Shown: piece by piece, positions 1-9,842 of the stretch
Position numbering within the stretch: position 1 is the stretch's first letter
How the letters are laid out: each line of letters begins with the position of its first letter
Assembly: GCA_963775425.1 (NCBI GenBank)
Contig: CAVZJB010000005.1
Span: 672,001 to 736,000 of the forward strand
Direction: 5' to 3'
DNA length: 64,000 nt
DNA from: an uncultured delta proteobacterium
GTDB lineage: Bacteria; Myxococcota; UBA727; VGSZ01
The notes under the pieces: model-generated
What the model saw: only the letters and a program-made list of their open reading frames with translations
What the model was told of the DNA's origin: nothing
The model's database searches: none
Translations under genes and position numbers: made by a program

Positions 1-1
1 C

Positions 2-454
2 ATGCCGAACGCGGATCCGGGCGGCAGGGTCCTGCGCGCGCAGTTGACGGCGTTTTGCGCAGCACGCCCACAGCACCGACTCGTAGAGACGCTCGGTTTC
101 GAGGCCTACGGCTCCATCCTCCGCTATGCCGCAGCGATGGTGGGTAACTCCTCGAGCGGGCTCATCGAGGCGCCCTCGTTCGGCCTGCCGGTTGTGAACG
201 TCGGCACGAGACAAGATGGCCGGGTCCGCGCAAAGAACGTGATCGACGTTGCCGCAAACGTCGATGCGATCGCTCAGGCGATCCGCGTTGCGCTCAACCC
301 TGACACGCGGGCCTCGCTCGCCGGCTTGGTCAATCCGTACGGGGGTGGGAACGCCGGCGAGCGAATCGCGGCCGTACTCGCAGAGGTCCCCATCGGGGAC
401 AAGCTCGTCAGGAAGCACTTCGTCGACATCGGAGGCCTCGATGCCGCGTCGTGA
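2..454 (+). CDS. neuC: Hydrolysing NDP-GlcNAc/Bac 2-epimerase (NeuC/LegG family), C-terminal part (5' truncated by window)
   Basis: PNADPG and MVGNSSSGLIEAPSFGLPVVNVGTRQDGR...NPYG motifs typical of NeuC; nonulosonate context. Confidence 0.9.
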   Translation: MPNADPGGRVLRAQLTAFCAARPQHRLVETLGFEAYGSILRYAAAMVGNSSSGLIEAPSFGLPVVNVGTRQDGRVRAKNVIDVAANVDAIAQAIRVALNPDTRASLAGLVNPYGGGNAGERIAAVLAEVPIGDKLVRKHFVDIGGLDAAS

Positions 455-1523
455 TCCTGCGTCCTTCGTCATCCGGCGCGAAGCGTCTCTGCGGGACGCC
501 GCGGCGTGTATTGACCACAACCGAACCGGGATTGCCGTCGTCGTAGATGGCGACGGCCGCCTTCTCGACACCATTACCGACGGCGATGTTCGGCGCGCCG
601 TGCTCGCAGGGCGAAGTCTCGACACTTCCGTCGCGGACCTCGCGCCAAGGAGGGAGCGATCGCCGTACTCGACGCCGGTGCTCGCCGCGGCGGGGGACGG
701 CGAACACAAGTTGCTCGAAACCATGCGGCAGCGACATGTACGGCAACTCCCCATCGTTGACGACGAGCAACGTGTCGTCGATCTGGCCATCCTCGAGGAT
801 TTCATCGCCAGCGACGCACCGCTGGCGGTGCGAGCGGTGGTGATGGCCGGCGGGTTCGGCACGCGTCTGAGGCCGTTCACGGAGACCGTGCCCAAGCCCA
901 TGCTCCCCGTAGGCGACAAGCCGTTGCTGGAGCACGTCATCGGCCAGTTGCGCGATGCGGGCATCACGCAGGTGAACGTCACGACTCACTACCTCCCCGA
1001 GCAAATTCGTGAGCACTTCGGGGACGGGTCGGCGCACGGGGTTCATATCGCCTACGTCGACGAGCAGACGCCGCTCGGAACCGCAGGGGCGCTCTCTCTC
1101 ATCGAGAGCTCCCAGGAACCGATGCTCGTCATCAACGGTGACATCCTTACGCGCGTCGACGTTCGCGCGATGCTCGCATTCCATCGGGCGCACGGCGCGG
1201 CAATGACCGTTGGTGTGCGCCAATTTGAAATGCGCGTGCCCTTCGGCGTCGTCGAGCTCGAGGGTGCACGCATCACGAGAATCACGGAGAAGCCCGTCCA
1301 CACCTTCCTCGTCAATGCCGGCGTCTACCTCGTGGAGCCCTCGGCCCACGCGCAGATATCTCGTGGTACACGCACCGATATGCCTGAGCTGATCCAACTG
1401 CTCGCCGACAGTGGCGCGGTCGTCGCGAGCTTCCCCGTCGTAGAGTACTGGCTCGATGTCGGTCGACCCGACGACTACGAGCGCGCGCAAGCGGACGCAC
1501 AGGAAGGCAGGTGGAAAGCGTGA
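441..1523 (+). CDS. CBS-domain sugar-phosphate nucleotidyltransferase (PtmE-like)
   Basis: ATG 441 after GGAGG; N-terminal CBS pair (TITDGDVRR); VVMAGGFGTRLRP..PKPM, EQTPLGTAG, NGDI, WLDVG motifs. Confidence 0.88.
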   Translation: MPRRDPASFVIRREASLRDAAACIDHNRTGIAVVVDGDGRLLDTITDGDVRRAVLAGRSLDTSVADLAPRRERSPYSTPVLAAAGDGEHKLLETMRQRHVRQLPIVDDEQRVVDLAILEDFIASDAPLAVRAVVMAGGFGTRLRPFTETVPKPMLPVGDKPLLEHVIGQLRDAGITQVNVTTHYLPEQIREHFGDGSAHGVHIAYVDEQTPLGTAGALSLIESSQEPMLVINGDILTRVDVRAMLAFHRAHGAAMTVGVRQFEMRVPFGVVELEGARITRITEKPVHTFLVNAGVYLVEPSAHAQISRGTRTDMPELIQLLADSGAVVASFPVVEYWLDVGRPDDYERAQADAQEGRWKA

Positions 1524-2500
1524 GCCTGAAGGGAAGGAAAGTACTCGTAACCGGTGCCGGCGGGTTCATCGGCAGCCATCTTGCCGAGCGGCTCGCCGAG
1601 GAAGGCGCGGAGGTGCGCGCCATGGTTCACTACAATGCGTTGGGCAGGAGCGGTTGGCTGGACGAGAGTGCGCGCTCCGGGGATATGGAGATCGTGGCGG
1701 GGGATGTCACCGACACCGAGAGCGTCTTTCGCCACGTGGAGGGGCGCGAGATCGTCTTCCACCTCGCTGCGCTCATCGGAATCCCGTATTCGTACGTCGC
1801 GCCACGTTCCTATCTTCGAACGAATATCGAAGGGACGTTGAACGTCCTGGAGGCGTGCAGGCGGGTGGGTGTTGAACGCCTCCTGCAGACGTCGACGAGC
1901 GAAGTGTACGGAACGGCACAATACGTCCCCATCGACGAGAAGCACCCGCTCCAGGGTCAGTCTCCCTACTCCGCCTCGAAGATCGCGGCGGACAAGATGG
2001 TCGAGGCTTTTGCCGCTTCGTATGCTCTTCGCGTCGTCACGGTGAGACCCTTCAACACGTTCGGGCCCCGGCAGAGCCGCCGCGCGGTCATTCCGACGAT
2101 AATCTCCCAGCTGCTCGCGGGAGATGCGGTCAGGCTCGGGAGCTTGTCCCCTCGCAGGGACCTCAACTACGTCACGAACACCGTTGCCGGCTTCGTGGCG
2201 GCTGCAGAGGCGACGAACGTGGCCGGGGAGGCAGTCAACTTCGGGTCGGGCTCCGACATCAGCATCGGCGAGTTGGTCGGCGAGATCGGGCGGTTGATGG
2301 GAAAGACGCCGGTCGTCGAGAGCGAGCCTGCGCGCGTGCGTCCGGAGGGGAGCGAGGTGGAACGCCTGCTGGCAGACAACGCGAAGGCAAAGTCGCTGAC
2401 GGGATGGGCGCCGACGGTGTCGCTGCAGGATGGTCTCCAGCGTACAATCGATTGGCTGCGCACTAGACCAGTGTCAGACACGTCGCGCTATTTCCTCTGA
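1520..2500 (+). CDS. legB: NAD-dependent GDP-GlcNAc 4,6-dehydratase (LegB-like)
   Basis: TGAGGFIGSH, HLAALIGIPYSY, TSTSEVYG, QSPYSASK, RPFNTFGPRQS; GTGA overlap with upstream stop. Confidence 0.85.
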   Translation: MSLKGRKVLVTGAGGFIGSHLAERLAEEGAEVRAMVHYNALGRSGWLDESARSGDMEIVAGDVTDTESVFRHVEGREIVFHLAALIGIPYSYVAPRSYLRTNIEGTLNVLEACRRVGVERLLQTSTSEVYGTAQYVPIDEKHPLQGQSPYSASKIAADKMVEAFAASYALRVVTVRPFNTFGPRQSRRAVIPTIISQLLAGDAVRLGSLSPRRDLNYVTNTVAGFVAAAEATNVAGEAVNFGSGSDISIGELVGEIGRLMGKTPVVESEPARVRPEGSEVERLLADNAKAKSLTGWAPTVSLQDGLQRTIDWLRTRPVSDTSRYFL

Positions 2501-2517
2501 GGACTCATCTGGGCTCG

Positions 2518-3516
2518 ATGCAGTTGTTCGCGGTCGGTGGCGCCTCGTTGCTTTCGGCGTTGGAAGCACGCGAGCACTTCGGCGTCCCGGCAAAGGACGC
2601 GATCCTGCTCGCGACGGAGCGGGCGCTCTCGAGCGGCATGGTCGATGAGCGCGAGTGGCGTGAGGTGCACCCGTTCAGCTCGAACGTCCGGAGCCGAGGG
2701 CTGGGACGAGTGAGGGCGTGGCGTCAATTCGTCGCCCACATCGACGCATGCATCGGGTCGGCCTACTACTCCCGGGTCTTTGTCGCGGACTGCGGCGAGC
2801 CGATGCAGTACATCGCGGACCGAAGCGGGGCGGGAGACGTCGTCGTTCTCGACGACGGACTCGCGACCGTCGTCGCTGCGCGCGCCCGCCAGGTTGCGCC
2901 GCGGCGCGTAGGCGCCAAGGCGGCGCTGCGGCGCGTCGCAAAGGGCTTGGTAGCAGGCCGTCGCCTGCGCTCGCTGGAGCGCGTGACGTTCTTCTCGGCG
3001 TACGCGATCGAAGCCGGTCCATACGACACCGTGATCCGTCATGGGTACCCGCGGCTTCGCCGCATCACCAACGCGCGGGGCACGTCAAAGGACGTGCTCT
3101 TTGTCGGCCAGCCCTTCGTTGAAAACGGGTCCGTCTCGGAGGAGGACTATCAGGAGTTGTTGGCGCGGGCGGCTGCCTCTCTCGGAGGAAGCGTCACCTA
3201 TGTGGCGCACCCGAATGAATCGGACGATCGAGTTCGACGCTGTTGCACAGCGGCCGGGATCTCATGGACGCGGCATTCGATCCCCCTGGAAATGGTCATC
3301 GCTGCGGGTGGGCCGAAGCCTCAGGCGATTGCAGGCTTCTCGTCGTCGGTGCTGGCCAATGCCCGCGTGTTGTTTCCCGAAGTCGCGGTGATTGCGTTCG
3401 ATGTCCCAGCAGAGCGATTCCGGAAGAACGTTGCGACGGTTGGGCTCGTCATGCAGTACCTCCGGGACGCCGGTGGAGTGGATGTTCGGTCGCTTTGCGG
3501 AGCCGGGTCGCCGTGA
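2518..3516 (+). CDS. Bacterial sialyltransferase-like (nonulosonate) glycosyltransferase
   Basis: LDDG, YVAHP and GFSSS motifs correspond to the D/E-D/E-G, HP and SS motifs of GT38/GT52/GT80-type enzymes; follows the Leg genes. Confidence 0.65.
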   Translation: MQLFAVGGASLLSALEAREHFGVPAKDAILLATERALSSGMVDEREWREVHPFSSNVRSRGLGRVRAWRQFVAHIDACIGSAYYSRVFVADCGEPMQYIADRSGAGDVVVLDDGLATVVAARARQVAPRRVGAKAALRRVAKGLVAGRRLRSLERVTFFSAYAIEAGPYDTVIRHGYPRLRRITNARGTSKDVLFVGQPFVENGSVSEEDYQELLARAAASLGGSVTYVAHPNESDDRVRRCCTAAGISWTRHSIPLEMVIAAGGPKPQAIAGFSSSVLANARVLFPEVAVIAFDVPAERFRKNVATVGLVMQYLRDAGGVDVRSLCGAGSP

Positions 3517-4133
3517 ACGACACGAAGTTCATCCGCCAAGAGTACTCCCACCGATACGAGAGCAAGCGGCGGCTTGCTTCGTATTGGCACCAGGTGGACG
3601 AGGTCCTCCGGCTGGGTGCGACACGGGTGCTGCTCGTTGGCTGTGGCACGGGAACGCCCGAGTTCATGTTGCGCCGCGAGGGTGTTGATGTCGTTTCGCT
3701 CGACGTTGATGCGAGTCTCTCTCCGTCGGTTGTCGGCAGCGTCACCGCGCTCGCCTTCCGAGAAGGCGAGTTCGAGGCGGCGGTGTGTTGCCAGGTCCTC
3801 GAGCACCTGCCGTTCGAGAGCTTCCCTCGGGCGTTGCAGGAGCTGCGCAGGGTCAGCCGTCGCGGCGTCGTGATCAGTCTGCCGGACCAAGGGCGCGTGC
3901 TGCGCTTCGAGCTCAAGGTGCCGCGGCTCGCGCGCGGCGTGCTCGTGGACCTGCCGCGTCTGCGCCCCAGACGCTGGTCGTTCGACGGGCAACACCACTG
4001 GGAAGTGAATGCGGCAGGCTTCGGCGTCCGTGCCATTGAACGGCGCTTTCGCGACGCGAACCTCGATGTCGAGGCGACGTATCGCGTGTTCGAAAACCCG
4101 TACCACCGCTTTTGGCGGCTACGCTGCGTGTAG
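3513..4133 (+). CDS. Class I SAM-dependent methyltransferase
   Basis: VGCGTG, LAFREGEFEAAVCCQVLEHLPF, HHWE; GTGA coupling. Confidence 0.85.
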   Translation: MNDTKFIRQEYSHRYESKRRLASYWHQVDEVLRLGATRVLLVGCGTGTPEFMLRREGVDVVSLDVDASLSPSVVGSVTALAFREGEFEAAVCCQVLEHLPFESFPRALQELRRVSRRGVVISLPDQGRVLRFELKVPRLARGVLVDLPRLRPRRWSFDGQHHWEVNAAGFGVRAIERRFRDANLDVEATYRVFENPYHRFWRLRCV

Positions 4134-4136
4134 CCG

Positions 4137-5261
4137 GTGCGCATCTCGTACCTTTCAAGCCAGCGCATTCCCTCTCGAGCGGCAAACGGCGTTCAGACGA
4201 TGCATATGTGCGCGGCGTTCGCCGCGTTGGGCCACGACGTTCAGCTCTTCTGCCGCCCAGGCACCGAGGCGGTGGATCCCTTTCGCTACTACGGCTTGCC
4301 GCGAAGCTTCGGCTTTGCGCCCGTGCGCGACGACGGGCCACGCGGCCTCCGCACAGCGCGCCACGTCTGGCGCGTGCGCGGGGCGGTTCGTGCCCGGCGC
4401 CCGGACGCCTTGTTCGGCAGGGACCTCTATGCGCTTGCCGCGAATGTGAATTGGGGGCTCCCCACCGTGCTCGAGGTTCATCGAACGATGGAGGGACACC
4501 GCGCTGAGCTCGCCGTGTTCGACTGGCTGTTTCGACAGCGATCCTTTCGACGCTTGGTCGTTGTGTCGGGCGGAATGCGCGACGACTACCTCCGACGATT
4601 CCCCGATCTCGCGCCTGAGCGCATCATGGTCGAGCCCGGGGCCGCGGAGCCGATAGCGCCCGATGGCGACGTCGTCGATATCGGAGGCGAGGGGAGGTTG
4701 AAGGTCGGCTATGTGGGCCACCTCTACGCCGGGCGCGGCATCGAGGTCATCATCGCCACCGCGAGACTCCTTCCGGACGTGGAGTTCCACATCGTCGGTG
4801 GGAGTGACGCAGACCTGGAGCGCTGGCGGGCGAACGCGACGGAGAAGAACGTCGCCTTCCATGGCCATGTGCCGCCGTCGCGAATCCCTGCGTATCTTCG
4901 TGCGTTCGACGTTCTCATCGCCCCCTACCAGCGGCGGGTCTACGTCGACGGTGGAGCGGAGACGTCCTCGGTGATGTCGCCGCTCAAGATCTTCGAGTAC
5001 ATGTCGACCGGGCGGCCAATCGTGTGCTCGGACCTCCCGGTGCTTCGAGAGGTGCTGACGGACGAGACCGCGTTGCTCGTTCCGCCGGAGGACCCGCAGC
5101 AGTGGGCGGCGGCGCTGAGGTCACTCGCATCACCCGAACGCCGACGCACGCTCGGCGGCGCCGCGCGCCAGCGTTTCCTCGACCGGCACACATGGAGGTC
5201 ACGCGCACAACGGATCGCGCTGGACCTGGCCAGGGAATGCGCCGGCGCGCACCAGAGATGA
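4137..5261 (+). CDS. GT4 glycosyltransferase
   Basis: ANGVQTMHMC N-terminus; GYVGHL..GRG; SPLKIFEYMSTGRPIVCSD. Confidence 0.9.
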   Translation: MRISYLSSQRIPSRAANGVQTMHMCAAFAALGHDVQLFCRPGTEAVDPFRYYGLPRSFGFAPVRDDGPRGLRTARHVWRVRGAVRARRPDALFGRDLYALAANVNWGLPTVLEVHRTMEGHRAELAVFDWLFRQRSFRRLVVVSGGMRDDYLRRFPDLAPERIMVEPGAAEPIAPDGDVVDIGGEGRLKVGYVGHLYAGRGIEVIIATARLLPDVEFHIVGGSDADLERWRANATEKNVAFHGHVPPSRIPAYLRAFDVLIAPYQRRVYVDGGAETSSVMSPLKIFEYMSTGRPIVCSDLPVLREVLTDETALLVPPEDPQQWAAALRSLASPERRRTLGGAARQRFLDRHTWRSRAQRIALDLARECAGAHQR

Positions 5262-6472
5262 CAGCGGTGTTTCCTCGCGTCATCGCCGTCGCGGAACGCC
5301 TGCGGCGAGAGGCCGCACGTCGAATGCGGCTCGTGGCGGCGGTGGGGGTTCAACACCTGCCAGGCGTGGAAGCGTTCGCGCCGTCTCATGCGTGGCTCTT
5401 TGGTGGTTCCGTCGGGCGCGCCTACGTCGACAACAGCGCCGCACTCCACAGGCACGTGTTGCGGGCTCGACCGGAGCGCGCGGTACACTGGGTGATTGAT
5501 CGCGACAGCCCGGATGTCCGCAAGGCGCGCCGCGAGGGGCCGGTGATGTTCCGGGACTCCATCGGCACCGTCGTGACCGCGCTCTCAGCCGACGTTCACG
5601 TCATCTCCCACGGTGTGCACGACGTGCCTGGGACGGCGTCCCGCCTCGCTCGCCACGCGCTGCGCGTCCGCCTGGGCCATGGCCTCACGGCGCTGAAGCG
5701 AACGAAGCCGCGGGTGTTTCAGACGAACGCCAGCGCGAATGCGATCTTCGACCTCGTGCCCGTCGCATCGGAGTTCGAGAAGGCAAACAAGCGCGCGTGG
5801 GACATCCCCGACCAAGCGCTCGTCGTCACTGGCTTGCCGCGCTTCGACGAGTTGTTGAGGAAGGCGAGCCGGCCGCGGGCGCCCGGGCCGCGCAGCATCG
5901 TGTACATGCCGACGTGGCGCGATTGGGTTCCGATGGAGCCTTCGGCCGGACAGCCCAACCCCTTCGTGCGTACCGTTGTCGACTTCCTCGCGGCACCTGC
6001 CCTCATCGATGTTCTCGAGCGGCACGACGCACTCCTGAAGGTCTGTTTGCACCCGATCCTGCGGAGACACGCGACGAGCCTTCGTCGCACGGCAGCGAAG
6101 CGGATTGTGATTGTCGACGATGACGTTGACGTCCAAGACGTGCTCGCAGCGAGCGACGCCCTGCTCACGGACTACTCGAGCGTGACATGGGACGCTCTCT
6201 ACGTCGACAAGCCCGTGTTCTTCTTCAGCTTCGACCTGGACCGCTACGAGAGTGAACGCGGCGCCTACTTCGACTTGCGCCGCGACCTTCCAGGACCGGC
6301 TGCTTCAACCGGCGCCGCGTGCGTCGATATGCTCGACGATGCGCTTGCGCACGGGCTGCCCCTCGGCGACGCGGCGAGGCGGTGGCAGGAGCGAGCATTC
6401 GCATTCCGCGACGACAGGAACTGCGCACGCGTCCTTGCTCGCATCGAAGAGCGCTTGGAGCAGGGACGGTGA
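5258..6472 (+). CDS. CDP-glycerol glycerophosphotransferase family protein (TagF/TagB-like)
   Basis: DNS, LGHGLTALK, TGLPRFD, YMPTWR, HP, LTDYSSVTWD motifs; ATGA coupling. Confidence 0.85.
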   Translation: MTAVFPRVIAVAERLRREAARRMRLVAAVGVQHLPGVEAFAPSHAWLFGGSVGRAYVDNSAALHRHVLRARPERAVHWVIDRDSPDVRKARREGPVMFRDSIGTVVTALSADVHVISHGVHDVPGTASRLARHALRVRLGHGLTALKRTKPRVFQTNASANAIFDLVPVASEFEKANKRAWDIPDQALVVTGLPRFDELLRKASRPRAPGPRSIVYMPTWRDWVPMEPSAGQPNPFVRTVVDFLAAPALIDVLERHDALLKVCLHPILRRHATSLRRTAAKRIVIVDDDVDVQDVLAASDALLTDYSSVTWDALYVDKPVFFFSFDLDRYESERGAYFDLRRDLPGPAASTGAACVDMLDDALAHGLPLGDAARRWQERAFAFRDDRNCARVLARIEERLEQGR

Positions 6473-6506
6473 CACGGGATTCGCTGCAACAGGTGGTCAG
6501 CTCCGC

Positions 6507-7409
6507 ATGAGAACGACGAACGAGGTGATCGGCGACATCGGGATGTGCCCTGCGTGCGGTGCGGCCCTGCGGGACGACAGCGGACGCGTGGTGTGCGCGA
6601 TGGCGTGCACGAGCTACGGCGACGGCAGCGACGGCAGTCGTCTCGATCTCCGCCTCAGGAGACCAAAGGCGATCGAGCTTCCGCTTCTGCTTGCTGCGCC
6701 GGAGACCGTTTTGCGCCTGGTTGACGAGATCCCACCTGGGGCGGGCGCGAGAGTGAGCGGGCTGCCGCGTCATCTCCCGGCCGCCCTTGCGAGCTGCATC
6801 CCCGTCGCTCCCCGAAGCGGGGCGGTTGCGCTCGATGTCGGGTGCGGCAACGGCGCCAATCGCGCGATCCTCGAAGGCGCCGGCTACGACTACCTCGGCG
6901 CCGACATCACGCATCCCGATGCACCGCTGCTGGCGGACGCGCATGCCATCCCTGTGCGCAGCTCGACGGTCGACTTTGCGATTTCTCTCGCGGTGCTGGA
7001 GCACGTCGATCACCCTGTCGTTGTCGCTCGAGAGGTGTACCGCGTCCTGAAACCCGGCGCGCTCTTCCTTGGCACCGTCGCCTTCCTCGAGCCGTATCAT
7101 TCGGAGAGCAAGTTCCATCACTCCCACCTCGGTACGCAGCGTGTCCTTGAGACCGGTGGCTTCGCTGTTGACTGGATCGCTCCAGTCCCTGGCTGGAGCG
7201 TCGTGTCGGCGCAGTTGTCGAATGCCTTGTTCCCCGGATTACCGAAGAAGGTCGCGCGCCGCACGGGGCACGCCGTCGACCGGGTGCGCGCGGCGTGGCT
7301 CGGCATGCAGGCGCTCCGCGGACGGAAGATCCCCATCACGACAAGGAAAGCCGCGGTCGCCGGCGCCTTCGCATTCTCGGCGCGCAAGGGTTCGCCGGAG
7401 CACTCTTGA
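6507..7409 (+). CDS. SAM-dependent methyltransferase with N-terminal CxxC...CxxxC zinc-ribbon-like segment
   Basis: CPACG...CAMAC; LDVGCGNG; ADAHAIP; AVLEHV..RVLKPG; start uncertain (6507 or 6543). Confidence 0.8.
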   Translation: MRTTNEVIGDIGMCPACGAALRDDSGRVVCAMACTSYGDGSDGSRLDLRLRRPKAIELPLLLAAPETVLRLVDEIPPGAGARVSGLPRHLPAALASCIPVAPRSGAVALDVGCGNGANRAILEGAGYDYLGADITHPDAPLLADAHAIPVRSSTVDFAISLAVLEHVDHPVVVAREVYRVLKPGALFLGTVAFLEPYHSESKFHHSHLGTQRVLETGGFAVDWIAPVPGWSVVSAQLSNALFPGLPKKVARRTGHAVDRVRAAWLGMQALRGRKIPITTRKAAVAGAFAFSARKGSPEHS

Positions 7410-7431
7410 TTGTACCGGCGGCCGTCCGCGC

Positions 7432-8526
7432 ATGAGGGTCCTTCAGCTCATGAAGACGCTGCGACGCGGCGGCGCCGAAGTGCTCGCTGCGTCGCTCGCC
7501 GCCGCTCACCGGTCTGATGTGGAGATGCTCTTCGGTTACTTCCACGCCGGCCAGGACACGCTCGCCGCGCAGTTGGAGGCGCTCGGTGTGCGAGCGATCT
7601 GCATTCCGAGTTACTCGCAAGCGGGAATCATCGCCAGCGCCGATCGAATTGCTCGACTCCTCGTTCGCGAGCGCATCGACCTCGTTCATTGCCACCTGCC
7701 GCTCGTCGGTTCGGTAGGCCGCCTGGCGTCGTCGTACGCCGGAAAACCATTGGTGTACACGGAGCACAACCTGTTCTCGTCGTACCACCCTGCCACGCGG
7801 CTCATGGCCCGAGCGACGTGGCACCTGCAGCGCCACGTCATCGTCGTCTCGGAGGAGGTGCGGCGCTCGTTGCCGTCCGGAGACGGCGGGCCGCCGGTCA
7901 CGCTGGTGCGAAACGCGGTCGACGTGGCTCGATTTCATCACGACGCGGTCGCCGGCGCGTCGATGCGAGCGACGCTCGGTATTCCGCGCGACGCGAGGGT
8001 CGTTGGCACCGTTGCGGTGTTCCGGCCCGCGAAGCGATTGGATCGCTGGTTGCGCGTGGCGAAGGGCGTCGCTGCCCGGGACCCGGGAGCGCACTTCCTT
8101 CTCGTCGGCTTCGGCCCCCTCGAGCAGGAGGTGCGGGATTGGGCGGGCGCCGCCGGGCTCGGCTCGCGTCTGGTGATGCCAGGACCGCAAGACGATGTTC
8201 GGCCGTTCCTGTCCGCGATGGATCTCTACCTCATGACGTCCGACTTCGAGGGCTTGCCGATCGCCCTCCTCGAGGCGATGGCCCAGGAGTTGCCCGTGGT
8301 GAGCACGGCCGTCGGCGGGATACCCGAGGTGCTCGTCGACGGTGAGATGGGCGCGCTCGTCCCGCGGGACATCGACGCGATCGTAGAGCGCGTCACCTCA
8401 CTGCTGCGGTCGGAGACGTTGACGCTCCTCGGGCGCCGCGGGCGCGCGCGTATCGATGAGCGCCACGGCATCGGAGCGATGGCGAGGACGATAGAGCAGA
8501 TTTACGACGACGTGCTGGCGTCATGA
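7432..8526 (+). CDS. GT4 glycosyltransferase
   Basis: GGAE, VHCH, YTEHN, SDFEGLPIALLEAMA..PVVSTAVGGIPEV. Confidence 0.9.
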   Translation: MRVLQLMKTLRRGGAEVLAASLAAAHRSDVEMLFGYFHAGQDTLAAQLEALGVRAICIPSYSQAGIIASADRIARLLVRERIDLVHCHLPLVGSVGRLASSYAGKPLVYTEHNLFSSYHPATRLMARATWHLQRHVIVVSEEVRRSLPSGDGGPPVTLVRNAVDVARFHHDAVAGASMRATLGIPRDARVVGTVAVFRPAKRLDRWLRVAKGVAARDPGAHFLLVGFGPLEQEVRDWAGAAGLGSRLVMPGPQDDVRPFLSAMDLYLMTSDFEGLPIALLEAMAQELPVVSTAVGGIPEVLVDGEMGALVPRDIDAIVERVTSLLRSETLTLLGRRGRARIDERHGIGAMARTIEQIYDDVLAS

Positions 8527-9842
8527 ACGAAACACCGCTGGAATGGCTGGTCGCCCTGCTGCCGATGACCCTGGCTGCGCCAGTCTTCGCGCTGTGGGCG
8601 CGTCGTTTCCCTCCGGCCGAGCGGAGGGTGTTCGCTTGGGTCCTGGCCGCGCATGTCCTCGCCGCTGCCGCGATCGTCATCGTCACCCGCGACGTCTACG
8701 GGTACGGCGACATGCTCAAGTACCACCGCACTGGCGTGCTCATAGCCGGCTACGTTCGCGCCGATGGCAGCTACTTCGCAGATGTGGTGCAGTTGATCTT
8801 CCATCGCGAGTCGGCGTTCGGCTTCGTCGACGGCGCTGGGACCACGACAGGAACGCTGCACGGGATCTCTGCGATCCTTGCGTTGTTGCTGTTCGACTCA
8901 CTGCCGGCCGCGTGTGTGGCCGTGGCCCTCGCGTCGGCGTCGGCGAAGCTCGCGCTCTACAGCACCTTCCGGGAACGTGTACACCCCACGCAGCGCTTTC
9001 GGCTCGCGATCGCGCTCGCGCTCATTCCAAGCTTCGTGTTCTGGTCGAGCGGTCTCCTGAAGGAGGGCGTCGCCGTCGCCGGACTCGGCTGGCTCGTGTG
9101 GGCCGTCGCGCCCTGGGTTGGCCTGAGGGCGCGCGCATTTTCGCCGCGGCGCTTCTTGGTAATGACGCCGGCGGCGCTCGCCGTCGCGCTGACCAAGCCG
9201 TACCTCCTGTTCCCGTTCGCGCTCGCGGCCGCGGCGTCGTGGTACGTCGCGCGGAGGAGGAGCAGCGGGTTGGCGGCTCTTTCACCCGTTCGCTTGACCC
9301 TTGCCGTCATCGGCGCCGTTGGCCTCATGATGGCTCTGAGCGCGTTGTTTCCGCGGTACGCCGCCGACAACGTCGTGGAGCAGGCGAGCACGCTCCGAGA
9401 GCTCGGCGCGACGCACAGCGGCGGCTCCACGTTCCAGCCCGTGCAACTGGGAGGTGGCGGTCTCTTCAGTCACCTCGTCTTCGCGCCCCTCGCGCTCGTG
9501 AACGTGCTGTTCCGACCATTCCTTTTCGAGGTGAGGAATCCGTTGATGCTCGTCAGCTCCGTGGAAGTCACCGCTGTGCTCGTCCTGTGCGTTCGCGCGC
9601 TTCGCCGAGGCGGAGTGCGCAGGACGATTTCGACAGTGTTCTCGGAGCCTGTGATGGCTTTCTGTTCGGTCTACGTCGTCGTTCTGGGGACGGCCGTCGG
9701 CCTGGCGACGACGAACATGGGCACGCTCACCCGCTATCGGAGCCCGATGATGCCGTTTCTCGGGCTCCTGCTGTTTGGACTTGCATTCGTGCATCCCCGG
9801 CCGCGAGCGATGCGCTTGCGGCGTGTGAGCGCGAAGAAGTGA
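8523..9842 (+). CDS. Polytopic membrane protein, probable Wzy-type polysaccharide polymerase
   Basis: About 10-11 hydrophobic segments, PSFVFWSSGLLKE and NMGTLTRYR motifs; sits inside the glycan operon. Confidence 0.6.
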   Translation: MNETPLEWLVALLPMTLAAPVFALWARRFPPAERRVFAWVLAAHVLAAAAIVIVTRDVYGYGDMLKYHRTGVLIAGYVRADGSYFADVVQLIFHRESAFGFVDGAGTTTGTLHGISAILALLLFDSLPAACVAVALASASAKLALYSTFRERVHPTQRFRLAIALALIPSFVFWSSGLLKEGVAVAGLGWLVWAVAPWVGLRARAFSPRRFLVMTPAALAVALTKPYLLFPFALAAAASWYVARRRSSGLAALSPVRLTLAVIGAVGLMMALSALFPRYAADNVVEQASTLRELGATHSGGSTFQPVQLGGGGLFSHLVFAPLALVNVLFRPFLFEVRNPLMLVSSVEVTAVLVLCVRALRRGGVRRTISTVFSEPVMAFCSVYVVVLGTAVGLATTNMGTLTRYRSPMMPFLGLLLFGLAFVHPRPRAMRLRRVSAKK

